A stretch of 64,000 nt of DNA from Candidatus Borrarchaeum weybense (lineage in GTDB: Archaea > Asgardarchaeota > Sifarchaeia > Borrarchaeales > Borrarchaeaceae), in the NCBI GenBank assembly GCA_019057385.1, contig JAHQJS010000004.1:916727-980726 (forward strand). The letters are read 5' to 3'. How positions within the stretch are numbered: position 1 is the first letter of the stretch; every line of letters begins with the position of its first letter. The position numbers were made by a program, and so were the translations under genes. Under the pieces are notes generated by a model that saw only the letters and a list, made by a program, of their open reading frames with translations, had not been told where the DNA came from and made no database searches. Shown piece after piece: positions 50,188 to 60,181 of the stretch.

Positions 50188-51000
50188 GTGAGAGAAATGA
50201 GTGCACAGAATTCATGGTTTGAAGTTACTGAAGTCCTGAAAGATGTATTTTTGATATCTGAGCCTGGCCATGCAGAATGGATTAATTCTTATTTGCTTAA
50301 AACAGATCCTCCTGTTTTAATTGATACCGGTATGGGAATAGGAGATATTAGTCTCGTCGTCCGTCAGTTACTAGGAAAAGATGATTTAAAAAATGTCTTA
50401 GTGATAAACACACATTCTCATTATGATCATATTGGAGGTAATCACCTTTTCAACAGAATCGCAATATATTACAGTGAAAGGGAATATCTTTACAAGCCTC
50501 AAAAGAAGGAAATTATTGACTGGATCATAGATAACTCGAATTTTACGAGATCTCCTCCTACAGATTTTGACGAAACGACTTTTCGGATTGTCCCTTCACA
50601 TGCAACAATGCTTCTTCACGATGGTGAGGTTATTAAACTCAAGGATAGACATCTAGAGATAATTCATGCACCTGGTCATTCACCAGGGAGCATTTGTTTG
50701 TTCGACTACGCTACTAAAACCTTATTTTCAGGAGATGTGATCTATAAAGGTCCTTTATATGCACATCTAGAAGAGAGCAATCTAAAAACATATTATAGAA
50801 CAATGCGAAAATTGATGTTAACTTGGCAACACAAAATTAAGAGGGTCCTTCCGGCACATAATGAGGTACCGCTCGTTCCAATGGTAATTGAGAGGATGGA
50901 AAAGGCATTTGAACAAATTCTTAACGGTACTGCAGAATTCACACTGGAAAATGATATTAAAAGATATTCCTTCAAACGGTTCTCAATATTGACAAAATAG
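50188..51000 (+). CDS. Metallo-beta-lactamase fold hydrolase
   Basis: THSHYDHIGG, PGHSPG, SGD, PAH. Confidence 0.92.
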   Translation: MREMSAQNSWFEVTEVLKDVFLISEPGHAEWINSYLLKTDPPVLIDTGMGIGDISLVVRQLLGKDDLKNVLVINTHSHYDHIGGNHLFNRIAIYYSEREYLYKPQKKEIIDWIIDNSNFTRSPPTDFDETTFRIVPSHATMLLHDGEVIKLKDRHLEIIHAPGHSPGSICLFDYATKTLFSGDVIYKGPLYAHLEESNLKTYYRTMRKLMLTWQHKIKRVLPAHNEVPLVPMVIERMEKAFEQILNGTAEFTLENDIKRYSFKRFSILTK

Positions 51001-51053
51001 AAACCCCTTTGTGAAAAAATAAGTAAAGGACGGAAAACCGTTCTATTAGCTTA

Positions 51054-51905
51054 TTATTTTTCCTCCTCTAGCTTTGCTACAATCATTTTTACAGCTTCTT
51101 TGAAGGCCTTTGCTGCAGGGCTATCTGGATGTTCTGCAACGAATGGATTTCCTTTATCAGAATCTTCTGGTATTTTCACATCCAGCGGAATCCGTCCTAG
51201 GAAGGGAAGGCCTAGTTCACCAGCCACTTTCTCACCGCCACCTTTACCGAAAAGGTCAATTTCTGTTACTTTTCCACAATCTGGGCACGTGAATATTAAA
51301 CCGCTCATATTTTCGAGAATACCGAGAACTGGAACATTCATCTTTCCTGCCATGCCTATACTCTTCCGCACATCGAGGAGAGCTACGTCTTGTGGAGTAG
51401 TTACGATTACAACACCATCAAGATCTGGAATAAGTTGACCAACTGACATTGGCTCATCTGCAGTTCCTGGAGGTAAGTCGATAATTAAGAAGTCTAGTTG
51501 ATCCCAATAAACTTCTGCTAGAAATTGACGTATTACAGTAGTTTTGAGTGGGCCTCTCCAAATCACAGGAGTGTCAGGGGTTTGGAGAAGAAATGCGAGA
51601 GACATAACTCGAATACCTGAATGATGCATTACAGGCATCATACCAAATGGACCGGTTTGCTCTATACGGCGTCCCTCCATACCTAGCATTAAGGCTACAT
51701 CAGGTCCAGTAACGTCTGCATCAAGTATACCTGTGCTATACCCCATCATTTTGAACCCCATTGCGAGATTTACTGCGGTCGTTGTTTTCCCGACGCCTCC
51801 TTTACCACTCATTACGGCTATCTTGTACTTTATAAGCGTCATATTATGTTCTAACATTTTCATTTGTTTTTCCATTTCCGCTTTTCGTTTTTGATGGTCT
51901 TCCAT
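51054..51905 (-). CDS. apbC: Mrp/ApbC/Nbp35 Fe-S cluster carrier ATPase
   Basis: [27 protein letters not shown]. Confidence 0.94.
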   Translation of the reverse strand: MEDHQKRKAEMEKQMKMLEHNMTLIKYKIAVMSGKGGVGKTTTAVNLAMGFKMMGYSTGILDADVTGPDVALMLGMEGRRIEQTGPFGMMPVMHHSGIRVMSLAFLLQTPDTPVIWRGPLKTTVIRQFLAEVYWDQLDFLIIDLPPGTADEPMSVGQLIPDLDGVVIVTTPQDVALLDVRKSIGMAGKMNVPVLGILENMSGLIFTCPDCGKVTEIDLFGKGGGEKVAGELGLPFLGRIPLDVKIPEDSDKGNPFVAEHPDSPAAKAFKEAVKMIVAKLEEEK

Positions 51906-52356
51906 TTAATCCATCTCCTTTTACTTTAAACAATCTATAATCAGTTTCTAAATGTAATAACTCACCTAATATCAAATCTTCAAATTATTTAACAAAAGCA
52001 ACAAGTAATATTTTTGTGCATCTGAACAAAAATATTCAAATGAACGTTTGCGTTGAAACGTATTTAAACTTTCTTACAGAGATAAAAATCATACATAATC
52101 TATTATACTAAATGAAAAAGATTAAATGATTTTGAATAGAATCCTAAAAACAGTTTCATAGATAGACATTTTCAGTTAAGTACTATTCATCTGGCTCTAG
52201 AGTTTTTAAGTAGTTATCTATCCATGTTATCTCAGAATTCCATAAAAATCGAAGTACATCTAGCAATTTAGTGTCTGGATCCAATTCACTCAATTCTTCA
52301 AGTTTTTCTTTTAGTTCTTTTTTGTATAAAATAAACATTCTATCTGGTTTTTTTAT

Positions 52357-53732
52357 AATGTGTCCGCAAGAAGACCCCCCAACTTGTTGGGGGGATAAAT
52401 GAATTGCGTGTGTTTACTGGTTTCACTTTCACGGTGGTGTCCCTCAGTTTAAATAGCAGTTTGTGGATACTAACTATCGGTAGTGATATGGCGCTCAAGG
52501 AAACCGAGGAAGACCTGTGATGAAACGCACGTACCAATTCCGCTTGTATCCCACCACACCACAGGCAACGATTCTCACACAATGGCTTACTACTTGCCGT
52601 CTGTTGTATAACAACTCTCTGGCAGAACGAAAACAGGCCTGGGAAACTCAGCAACACTCAGTCAGCTATTATGAGCAAGCCAACCAGCTAAAAGACGCTA
52701 AAAAGACCACTCCCTCTTTACAAAGCGTTCACTCACAGGTACTGCAAGATGTACTGAGACGCCTGGATAAGACCTTCCAGCACTTTTTTCGGCGCATTAA
52801 CAGGGGCGAAAAGGCCGGATACCCACGATTTAAAGGCAAATACCGCTATGATTCCTTCACCTACCCGCAAAGTGGGTTCGCCCTCGATTACCACCACAAG
52901 AAACTCCGCCTCTCGAAAATCGGAGCTATCACCATTACACTCCACCGCCGGATCCCAGTTGAAGGGGTGATCAAGACCTGTACCATTACTCGCGATGTCG
53001 ACCACTGGTATGCCTGTTTTGCAATAGCACTGCCTAATCCCGATCCTCAGCCTCAGAGAGACATACGGAAGGCCGTAGGTATAGATGTCGGGCTGAAGAG
53101 TCTAATCACGTGTAATAACGGAGACACCATCGCTAACCCACGCTGGTTGAGACACTCGGAGAAGCAGTTAGCCAAAGAACAGCGAAGGAAAGATAGGAAA
53201 CGTAAGGGTTCCCATAATCGTCACAAGCAGAACAGGAAGGTAGCACGGGTACACCGAAAGATACGCAACCAACGGAAGGACTTTCATCACCAGCTTAGTC
53301 GAATACTGGTCGATACCTATGACCTGATTGTGTATGAGAACCTTAGGATCACCAACATGGTGAAGAACCATCATCTTGCCAAATCGATTAGTGACGCCGG
53401 TTGGGGGCAACTCATGTGCTTTACCGAGTACAAAGCGGAGGAGGCTGGTTCTCTGGTAGAATATGTGAGTGCCTATAATAGCACCCAACGGTGTAGTAGG
53501 TGTGGCAAACTGGTACCCAAAACGCTGGCAACCCGCATCCACCGCTGTCCTTACTGTGGACTGGTGTTAGCGAGAGACCATAATTCAGCCATCACGGTGT
53601 TACACCGATCCACGCACTATTTAAAATCATGCTCATCATCAGGGCAGGAACTGTCCGTAGAGCCTGTTTGACATGTCCCGTTGGGGAATGGATGATTCAG
53701 GAAGCCAGTCTACTTGTAGGGTGGTAGTTCAC
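52357..53732 (+). mobile_element. IS200/IS605-family element, TnpB only (IS1341-like)
   Basis: TTTAT target 52352-52356; left hairpin CCCCCCAAC-TT-GTTGGGGGG; right end GGGTGGTAGTTCAC; higher GC than flanks; no tnpA. Confidence 0.9.
52517..53671 (+). CDS. tnpB: RNA-guided endonuclease TnpB
   Basis: YQFRLYPT HTH, GYPRFK, RuvC GIDVG / YENL / RDHN, zinc ribbon CSRC..CPYC. Confidence 0.96.
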   Translation: MMKRTYQFRLYPTTPQATILTQWLTTCRLLYNNSLAERKQAWETQQHSVSYYEQANQLKDAKKTTPSLQSVHSQVLQDVLRRLDKTFQHFFRRINRGEKAGYPRFKGKYRYDSFTYPQSGFALDYHHKKLRLSKIGAITITLHRRIPVEGVIKTCTITRDVDHWYACFAIALPNPDPQPQRDIRKAVGIDVGLKSLITCNNGDTIANPRWLRHSEKQLAKEQRRKDRKRKGSHNRHKQNRKVARVHRKIRNQRKDFHHQLSRILVDTYDLIVYENLRITNMVKNHHLAKSISDAGWGQLMCFTEYKAEEAGSLVEYVSAYNSTQRCSRCGKLVPKTLATRIHRCPYCGLVLARDHNSAITVLHRSTHYLKSCSSSGQELSVEPV

Positions 53733-53752
53733 CATCACCAATCCATAGAGAA
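53600..53752 (+). ncRNA. Predicted TnpB omegaRNA (reRNA); guide 53733-53752 CATCACCAATCCATAGAGAA
   Basis: GGGCAGGAACTGTCC hairpin and CAGGAAGCC..GGTAGTTCAC right end; 5' boundary approximate. Confidence 0.65.
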
Positions 53753-53978
53753 CTTCATATTTTTCTATTATTTTTTCAATCTCATAAGCATAAAGAGGTT
53801 TTTCAACTCTGACATTAATCTTCATAAGTTTAAAACAAATTTTTCATACCACAAAGATACATGAACTTCTGCTAGACAAATTCACAAATTAATTGTGACT
53901 TTGCCGCAAACTCTACCTTTATACCTATGTCATATTAATATGATGTTAAATAATGACAAAAAATTAAAGGTGATAAAA

Positions 53979-54326
53979 ATGGGTGCATATGATTGTGATT
54001 CGTGTGGACTTAAATTTAAAACACGAGAAGAATTCGAAAAACATGCTGAGGAAAAACATGGCATGTCTGGTTTAGTAGACACAGCTATAGAGAAAATGGA
54101 TGAATCTGGAGAATGTCCGACGTGTGGCCTTAGCTACAAGAGCAAAGACGAACTGATGGCTCATATTGAGGGGAAACACGGGATGCCTGGCTATGTTGAC
54201 GTCATAATATCGAAAATGGACGAATCTGGTGAATGCGAGCATTGCGGATTGGAATATAAGAGCAAAGACGATCTAAAAGATCATTACGATGAACACCACG
54301 GCATGCCTGGGACAGGGGCAGTTTAA
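53979..54326 (+). CDS. Acidic protein with three tandem C2H2 zinc fingers
   Basis: Three C-x2-C-x12-H-x4-H units at 40-aa (120-bp) period; GGTGAT RBS before ATG 53979. Confidence 0.85.
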   Translation: MGAYDCDSCGLKFKTREEFEKHAEEKHGMSGLVDTAIEKMDESGECPTCGLSYKSKDELMAHIEGKHGMPGYVDVIISKMDESGECEHCGLEYKSKDDLKDHYDEHHGMPGTGAV

Positions 54327-54387
54327 CTCTAGAAAACAAATATACTAGCTATTTTGACCGAAATGAAAATAAATTTTAAAATCTTTA

Positions 54388-54418
54388 GCCGGAAGAATCT
54401 TTTCTGGCGTCTTTTTTT
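54388..54418 (+). terminator. Hairpin + T-tract terminator
   Basis: GCCGGAAGA-ATC-TTTTCTGGC followed by T7, between convergent genes. Confidence 0.55.
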
Positions 54419-54534
54419 AAGTTAGATTTAATAATTGCTAATTCATTGTCTGTAAGAATACGACATTTTTCGTTCTCTCAGAACATCTCTCTTCGTTATA
54501 AATAATATTATCATAGCTGTTTTTTTCTAAACTT

Positions 54535-55440
54535 TTATGTCCGCAAAAGAGGCAATGAAAGGCAAGTTGGTCCTCCGCTTCGGTTGTGGCAGATATCTTT
54601 TCCTTCAAATTCTAGGATTTCCACGCCATGATCTTCTAGTTTTCGCTTAGATTTATTTCCTTTTACCATGATTCCCTTTCTAGGTTTCAGCATCAATACA
54701 TTATTGCCATGTACCTTCAATTCATCATAGGTCAATTCAATGAGTTCAATACCTCTCTCTTGTAGAAATTCATACATATTAAGTGGCATGAGATCCAGAT
54801 ACGCGACAGCTAAATCTATGTCTAGAGGATGTATTATAGAGAGTAAATGGATAAGATCTTCGGGACCATGGAAGTAAGGTAAAGGAAATTGAAATACCTC
54901 TACTGATAACTCTTCTAAGGCCATTTTTAATTGCAGAAATCCTAATTCATTAGTTCGATGCGTTTTACCAACGATAACTGTTTGAGGGTCGAGCCATAAT
55001 ATATCTCCCCCTTCCAGTAATGCATCTCCATTAATCTTAAAATAAATTGGAATGCCTATTCGCTGCAGTTCTCTTTCGATAACAGGAACTTCCGCTTCTC
55101 TTAGTTTTTTCCCCATCTTACAAAGGATTGCACCGCTATTGGTCACTATTGCGTTATCAAATACAAAAATAGAATCAAGTAGCGTGTTTGAACCCTTTTC
55201 TTCATCTTGGGCTAGGATAACTTCTACACCTTCTCCTCTTAATAAATCAACGAGTTCTTCATGTTCGCGAATTGCTTGCTCCAGATCGGGTTTGTGAAAA
55301 TATCCAAAGTCTCTCCATGCCTCAGTTTCTTCAGGTTGATCTCGGGGCGATTTTAAGAGGATTTTTTTAAGGGGCTTGATCATTGATTGCCCCCCGAACT
55401 TGATAGTCTGCTGCATATCGTTCATATCCCTTAAGAGCAA
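54535..55440 (-). CDS. Amidinotransferase/pentein family (DDAH/arginine deiminase-like)
   Basis: DSIFVFD, LEGGD, HLLS, GGPTCLSLPL. Confidence 0.88.
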   Translation of the reverse strand: MLLRDMNDMQQTIKFGGQSMIKPLKKILLKSPRDQPEETEAWRDFGYFHKPDLEQAIREHEELVDLLRGEGVEVILAQDEEKGSNTLLDSIFVFDNAIVTNSGAILCKMGKKLREAEVPVIERELQRIGIPIYFKINGDALLEGGDILWLDPQTVIVGKTHRTNELGFLQLKMALEELSVEVFQFPLPYFHGPEDLIHLLSIIHPLDIDLAVAYLDLMPLNMYEFLQERGIELIELTYDELKVHGNNVLMLKPRKGIMVKGNKSKRKLEDHGVEILEFEGKDICHNRSGGPTCLSLPLLRT

Positions 55441-55584
55441 TGAGGATGTTCATCATTTAAAGATTGCACATAGTATTGAGAACCAATATCCATAGTCTTT
55501 TATTTATTACTGATGAACCCCATTTTGCCTATATTGTAAATGCATTAAAGTTCATTTTTACAGCATAATTAAGGCGATGCAACG

Positions 55585-57024
55585 ATGAAAAGCGAATTTC
55601 GTCAACTTTTAAAGATTGTGAATCAAGAAAATATTATTTCTGATGAAACAGACCTCTTAGCGTACTCACGTGACTTAACACCATATATCCTTAAGCCAGA
55701 CATAGTTATTTTTCCTGAAACGACTAAAGATGTTTCAGAAGTGCTAAAGTTTGCTAATGAAAAAAAGATTCCAGTCACAATGCGAGGCTCTGGTGCAAGT
55801 TTTACTGGATCCTCGCTTCCTCGAAAGGGGGGAATTGTACTCGATATGAGCGAAATGAATCACATCATTAAGATAATTCCTGAGGATTTTATCTGTGTTG
55901 CTCAACCGGGAGTGAGTCTAGGTGAACTTAACAGCGAACTAATGAAATATGATTGCATTTTTCCGCATGATATCGGCTCGAAGGATGTTAGTTCGCTTGG
56001 AGGAGTAGTTGCATCCGATTCTCACGGGCATCACGGTCTTAAAAATGGAAAGGTTGGCAACTGGATAATTGGTCTTGAAGTTGTCTTAGCCAATGGCAAG
56101 ATCGTAAAACTTGGAACAAATACCTTACGAAACAATTGCGGCTTTAATTTAATACGGCTATTTGCTGGATCTCAAGGCACTCTTTGTGCTATAACTGAAA
56201 TTACGATTTGTATCGCACCACTTCCGAAAACTTCAGCGACAATAGGCATATTTTTTGATGAGATGGAGAATGTGATGTCTGCTGTAAGAGCAATTATATA
56301 TGCAGGCGTCGAGCCAAGTGCAATCGAAATTGTAGATCAGTTTTCTCTAAATGCTGTGAATAAGACACTTCAATTAGGTTTTCCAAAAGCCGAAGCAATG
56401 ATGATTACCGATGTAGAAGCACCAGACGATGACTCACTTGAGAAAAAGGTAAATGTAGTCAAAGAAATGTGTATAGCACATGATGGGCGCGATATACTGT
56501 GGTCTAAAGACCCAAAAGAAATGGATACCTTGTGGTTGCCTAGGACGGGCATAGATATAGCCATTGCAAAAACTCACGCAGGTTATAGAGAAGTGGGCTT
56601 TGCCATTGCAGACCCATGCGTGTCCCTATCTGCAATGATAGACGTGATGATCAAGATGCGGCAAATCTTCGATGAACATGATGTCTTAGCAGCCGTGTTT
56701 GGGCATGTGGGACTCGGAATAATACACCCTGCAGTTTTTGTAAAGGTAGATGATCCCAATGAGTGGAAGGCTGCAAAAAAGGCTGAAAAGGAAATAGTGG
56801 ACCTCATAGCACAGGTTGGAGGGACAATTACAGGAGAACACGGGATAGGTTTGATCAAAAGCCCATTTGTTCCTGCAGAACTGGGAAACAGCTTGGACAT
56901 AATGAGGGCTATTAAGCAATTATTCGATCCTAATGGAATCCTAAATATTGGAAAAATGTGTTTAGATGAATTATCATTTGAAGAGCCTCCTCATTCAGCT
57001 TACTCAAAATATAAGGATGAATAA
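55585..57024 (+). CDS. glcD: FAD-linked oxidase (GlcD/D-2-hydroxyacid dehydrogenase-like)
   Basis: RGSGAS..G, GSQGTL, GH.G.G.IH, TGEHGIG..K, DPNGILN.GK. Confidence 0.88.
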   Translation: MKSEFRQLLKIVNQENIISDETDLLAYSRDLTPYILKPDIVIFPETTKDVSEVLKFANEKKIPVTMRGSGASFTGSSLPRKGGIVLDMSEMNHIIKIIPEDFICVAQPGVSLGELNSELMKYDCIFPHDIGSKDVSSLGGVVASDSHGHHGLKNGKVGNWIIGLEVVLANGKIVKLGTNTLRNNCGFNLIRLFAGSQGTLCAITEITICIAPLPKTSATIGIFFDEMENVMSAVRAIIYAGVEPSAIEIVDQFSLNAVNKTLQLGFPKAEAMMITDVEAPDDDSLEKKVNVVKEMCIAHDGRDILWSKDPKEMDTLWLPRTGIDIAIAKTHAGYREVGFAIADPCVSLSAMIDVMIKMRQIFDEHDVLAAVFGHVGLGIIHPAVFVKVDDPNEWKAAKKAEKEIVDLIAQVGGTITGEHGIGLIKSPFVPAELGNSLDIMRAIKQLFDPNGILNIGKMCLDELSFEEPPHSAYSKYKDE

Positions 57025-57042
57025 CTAAAGGACGATGAGTTT

Positions 57043-57468
57043 ATGAACGAAAGTGCGTCAAACAGTGAAGAATTGGCAAAGCTTAGAGATGAAGTAATAA
57101 TATGTACAAATTGTGGATTGTGTAAAGCGGTATGCCCAATTTTTGAAGAAAACAGACGTGAACCATTCAGCGCAAGGGCTAAGATGATCTTAGCGTATTT
57201 TCTCTTATCAGACCAAATTGAATTAAACGATACGGTAGTATCGAGAATTTATCAATGCACCACATGCAAAAATTGTACATATACTTGCCTGTGTGAATTA
57301 GATGTGGCAAAAATTATCGAGAAATTACGGAAATTATTGGTAGAAAAGGGACATGCAACGGAAGTATCGTCTGAGCTTGTCACAAATATCGAGAAAACGT
57401 ATAATCCATTTGGGGAAGACCCTAAAGTACGTAACAACTTCCTTAAACTTGTCCAAGAAGAAGATTAG
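57043..57468 (+). CDS. 4Fe-4S dicluster protein (GlcF N-half / HdrC-like)
   Basis: CTNCGLCKAVCP and CTTCKNCTYTC. Confidence 0.88.
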   Translation: MNESASNSEELAKLRDEVIICTNCGLCKAVCPIFEENRREPFSARAKMILAYFLLSDQIELNDTVVSRIYQCTTCKNCTYTCLCELDVAKIIEKLRKLLVEKGHATEVSSELVTNIEKTYNPFGEDPKVRNNFLKLVQEED

Positions 57469-57478
57469 GGGTACAAAC

Positions 57479-58213
57479 ATGTTAGTGTATTATGTGGGTT
57501 GCATGGCGACATACAGACTACCCAGTATTGCTAAGAGTACGATTGAAATTTTAAAAGAGAGTGGAATTGATTTTACTGTTCTAGGAGACAAAGAATGGTG
57601 TTGCGGTTCAGTTGCCTTACGAACTGGATATATTGATATTGCAAAAAAACTGGCAGAGCATAATGTAGAGGAGATCAAGAAATTAGGCGCCGATCGAGTT
57701 GTTACGGCGTGTGCAGGTTGCTACAGAACATTCAAAGTTGATTATCCAGAATTACTTGGCACGGATGACTTAGGCTTTGAAGTGCTTCATGTTCCAGAAT
57801 TGCTTCACGAATTAATTGAAACGGGAAAAGTGGAGCTACAACAATTAGATAAAACTGTAACGTTTCACGATCCATGCCACATTGGACGTCATATGGATCT
57901 CTATGAAATACCAAGGGTTGTTTTACAGAAGGTGCCTGGTTTGGAACTAGTTGAAATGGAACGAAATAAAGAAAATGCGCGATGCTGCGGTGCAGGCGGT
58001 GGAGTACGTTCTGCTTTCAGAGACCTTTCAAGAAATCTCGCAAATAGAAGACTAGAAGATGCCGAAGAAACCAAAGCCGAGATCTTAACGACGGCATGCC
58101 CATTTTGCACTTACAATCTAAGAGAAGCCGTGGACCGAAATGGAACTGATATAGAGATGCTTGATCTCCCTGAATTATTTGTGAGACTCATTAAAAAAAA
58201 GAGTCGTGAATAA
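57479..58213 (+). CDS. CCG-domain Fe-S protein (GlcF C-half / HdrD-like)
   Basis: YVGC, WCCG, CAGC, HDPCH, CCGAGGG, CPFC; ATG 57479 preferred. Confidence 0.9.
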   Translation: MLVYYVGCMATYRLPSIAKSTIEILKESGIDFTVLGDKEWCCGSVALRTGYIDIAKKLAEHNVEEIKKLGADRVVTACAGCYRTFKVDYPELLGTDDLGFEVLHVPELLHELIETGKVELQQLDKTVTFHDPCHIGRHMDLYEIPRVVLQKVPGLELVEMERNKENARCCGAGGGVRSAFRDLSRNLANRRLEDAEETKAEILTTACPFCTYNLREAVDRNGTDIEMLDLPELFVRLIKKKSRE

Positions 58214-58248
58214 GCATGTATTAACTATAACGACAAATCTCTATTTTA

Positions 58249-59235
58249 TTAAAAGGAAATCTCTGTTCCTATGTTCTTCTTTTTTGCCGCCAGATATGCA
58301 TGTTTTGCGGCGCTTGCATCCTGAATTGCCATGCCAACCGATTTGAAAAATGTGATTTCGTCTTCTGATGTCCTTCCTGGTTTTTTACCGATAACAAGAT
58401 CGCCTAATTCCGCGTATATATGCTCTTTTGTTATAGCTCCATTCTCTAATGGTATAATAAGGTCTCCTGCTTCACTAAACGATGCTTCAAACGAATCAAC
58501 GACTACCTTAGCCTTTTTTACGGTGGCAACGTCCACTTCTTGCATTTGAGGCGTGTAGCTCCCAATACCGTTAATATGCGTACCTGGTTTAATCCAATCA
58601 CCAGAAAATGTAGGAGTTTTCGACCATGTAGCTGTCAGAATTATATCTGCATCTTCTACAGTTTCTTTGTTGCTTGTTGCTACATTAACAGGAATGTTCA
58701 ATTTTTCACTCATTTGTTTTGCAAAAGCCTCTTGCCTCTCTATTGGGTCTATAGAATAGATTTTTGCCTTTTCTATAGGTCTTACTTCACATACCGCCCA
58801 CAATTGTTTCTCTGCTTGAACTCCTGTGCCGATAAGACCCACTTTTTTCGCCTTTTCTCGTGCTAAGTATTTAGTAGCAACCCCACTAACGCCTCCTGTA
58901 CGCATAGCTGTGAGATAACCTCCATCCATTATGCTAAGAATTTGTCCAGTTTTTGGATCAATTAAGAGAACCGCAGCATGAATTGTTGGGAGATTGTAGA
59001 GTTGTGGATTATTTTTAAATACAGATACAACCTTACAGCTCATAGCCTCCATTTGTTCTAAATATGCTGGCATAAAAAGAACAATACCTTCCTCTTTTTC
59101 GACTTCTATCGGAACTCTTAGGGGGGCCTTCGCGGTTCGCCTAGAAAATTCAGCAAATGCGTGTTCAACTACATTAATAGCATCACTCATTGTTAAAACG
59201 GACTCTAAATCTGAACGAGAAAGGAATAGCACCAT
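58249..59235 (-). CDS. Ornithine cyclodeaminase / mu-crystallin family (archaeal alanine dehydrogenase-like)
   Basis: LTAMRTG, IGTGVQA, HINGIGS, FKSVGMAIQD; ATG 59235 preferred. Confidence 0.92.
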   Translation of the reverse strand: MVLFLSRSDLESVLTMSDAINVVEHAFAEFSRRTAKAPLRVPIEVEKEEGIVLFMPAYLEQMEAMSCKVVSVFKNNPQLYNLPTIHAAVLLIDPKTGQILSIMDGGYLTAMRTGGVSGVATKYLAREKAKKVGLIGTGVQAEKQLWAVCEVRPIEKAKIYSIDPIERQEAFAKQMSEKLNIPVNVATSNKETVEDADIILTATWSKTPTFSGDWIKPGTHINGIGSYTPQMQEVDVATVKKAKVVVDSFEASFSEAGDLIIPLENGAITKEHIYAELGDLVIGKKPGRTSEDEITFFKSVGMAIQDASAAKHAYLAAKKKNIGTEISF

Positions 59236-59467
59236 TTTTCTAACCTCAAATTTTCGTATGTTGGCTATATGTGTGACTTTCACTAATTAAATGATTGTGC
59301 TCTAAATATAGCAGTTTTCTATTTGACTCGTTGAAGGTGTTAAATCGACTCGTCGACAAAATATGATAGATTTCGAAGCAAATTGACAAAAGTACGTTTT
59401 CACTTACACTACTCTCCCACTCTAGGTTTAAATCTATGAGTGACGTATCTGTAGATGATGATATAAA

Positions 59468-59644
59468 ATGTCAGACGAAGAGTTAAAAAACAAGGTAAAG
59501 GAACTCTCTGGCAAATGGAAAGAAAGTAGAGATTATCAATATATTCAAGAGGCACTACGTGCTGCTAAGCAGATTAAAGATGATAAAGTCCAGGTGTTTT
59601 TAGCAATATTACACGATATTGCCGAAGTATGTGCCGAGTGTTGA
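59468..59644 (+). CDS. Small hypothetical protein (58 aa, absent from ORF track), C-terminal CAEC
   Basis: MSDEELKNKVKELSGKWKESRDYQYIQEALRAAKQIKDDKVQVFLAILHDIAEVCAEC*. Confidence 0.5.
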   Translation: MSDEELKNKVKELSGKWKESRDYQYIQEALRAAKQIKDDKVQVFLAILHDIAEVCAEC

Positions 59645-59658
59645 GACAAATTGATTGT

Positions 59659-59686
59659 CATTAACATAAGGTTTATTATGCCCCTC
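59659..59686 (-). other. Candidate dif-like Xer recombination site
   Basis: GAGGGGCATAA-TAAACC-TTATGTTAATG, 11-6-11 layout. Confidence 0.4.
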
Positions 59687-59748
59687 ATAATTGACTTTTC
59701 TTAGGCATATATAATTAAACCTACATCCCTGCTTTAAGGTGATTAATT

Positions 59749-60015
59749 ATGACAAAATTCAGATTGTGCATTGACAATGCTAACGGGAAAGTTTTGGCTG
59801 AGAATGAGGTGATTTTACGCACTAAATTCAATTATCATATAGATAGGGGTTTTAAAAAATTGCTAGAAAAGATTGATTTAGCACCCTATTCTGGCCAATC
59901 ATTATTAGGTCAAGTGAAATATTTCACACCGTATAATGACGTGTTCTTCGTAAGCTCATTTAACATTGAAATATCTGATGACAAAACAGTATCTTCTATT
60001 GAGAGAATCAGCTAA
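59749..60015 (+). CDS. Hypothetical protein (88 aa)
   Basis: AAGGTGAT RBS upstream of ATG. Confidence 0.6.
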   Translation: MTKFRLCIDNANGKVLAENEVILRTKFNYHIDRGFKKLLEKIDLAPYSGQSLLGQVKYFTPYNDVFFVSSFNIEISDDKTVSSIERIS

Positions 60016-60181
60016 CTTATTGTACAAATTTGAAGCTTCTTATTCTAATTGATCAATAGTGTGACATTGGCTCGATGCTTCAACGTGAGGCAGTTTACTC
60101 GCAGACTGTTGCAATTAGTTATTTCGTTTCTGCTTTTCAACTTAAACTTTTTAAAAATGAGATACAATTAAAAAAATCCTT

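Larger units (their letters stand above)
52183..53826 (-). pseudogene. Decayed PadR-like regulator remnant interrupted by the TnpB IS
   Basis: Right flank reads EKPLYAYEIEKIIE; left flank reads LRFLWNSEITWIDNYL*; additional frameshift or deletion needed. Confidence 0.4.

Noticed and set aside
57466-57481. Amber (Pyl) read-through fusing the two GlcF-like halves
   Set aside because: The downstream gene is in a different frame and has its own ATG
59630-59704. Selenocysteine read-through at CAEC-TGA
   Set aside because: Downstream frame is short and featureless; no SECIS-like hairpin recognised
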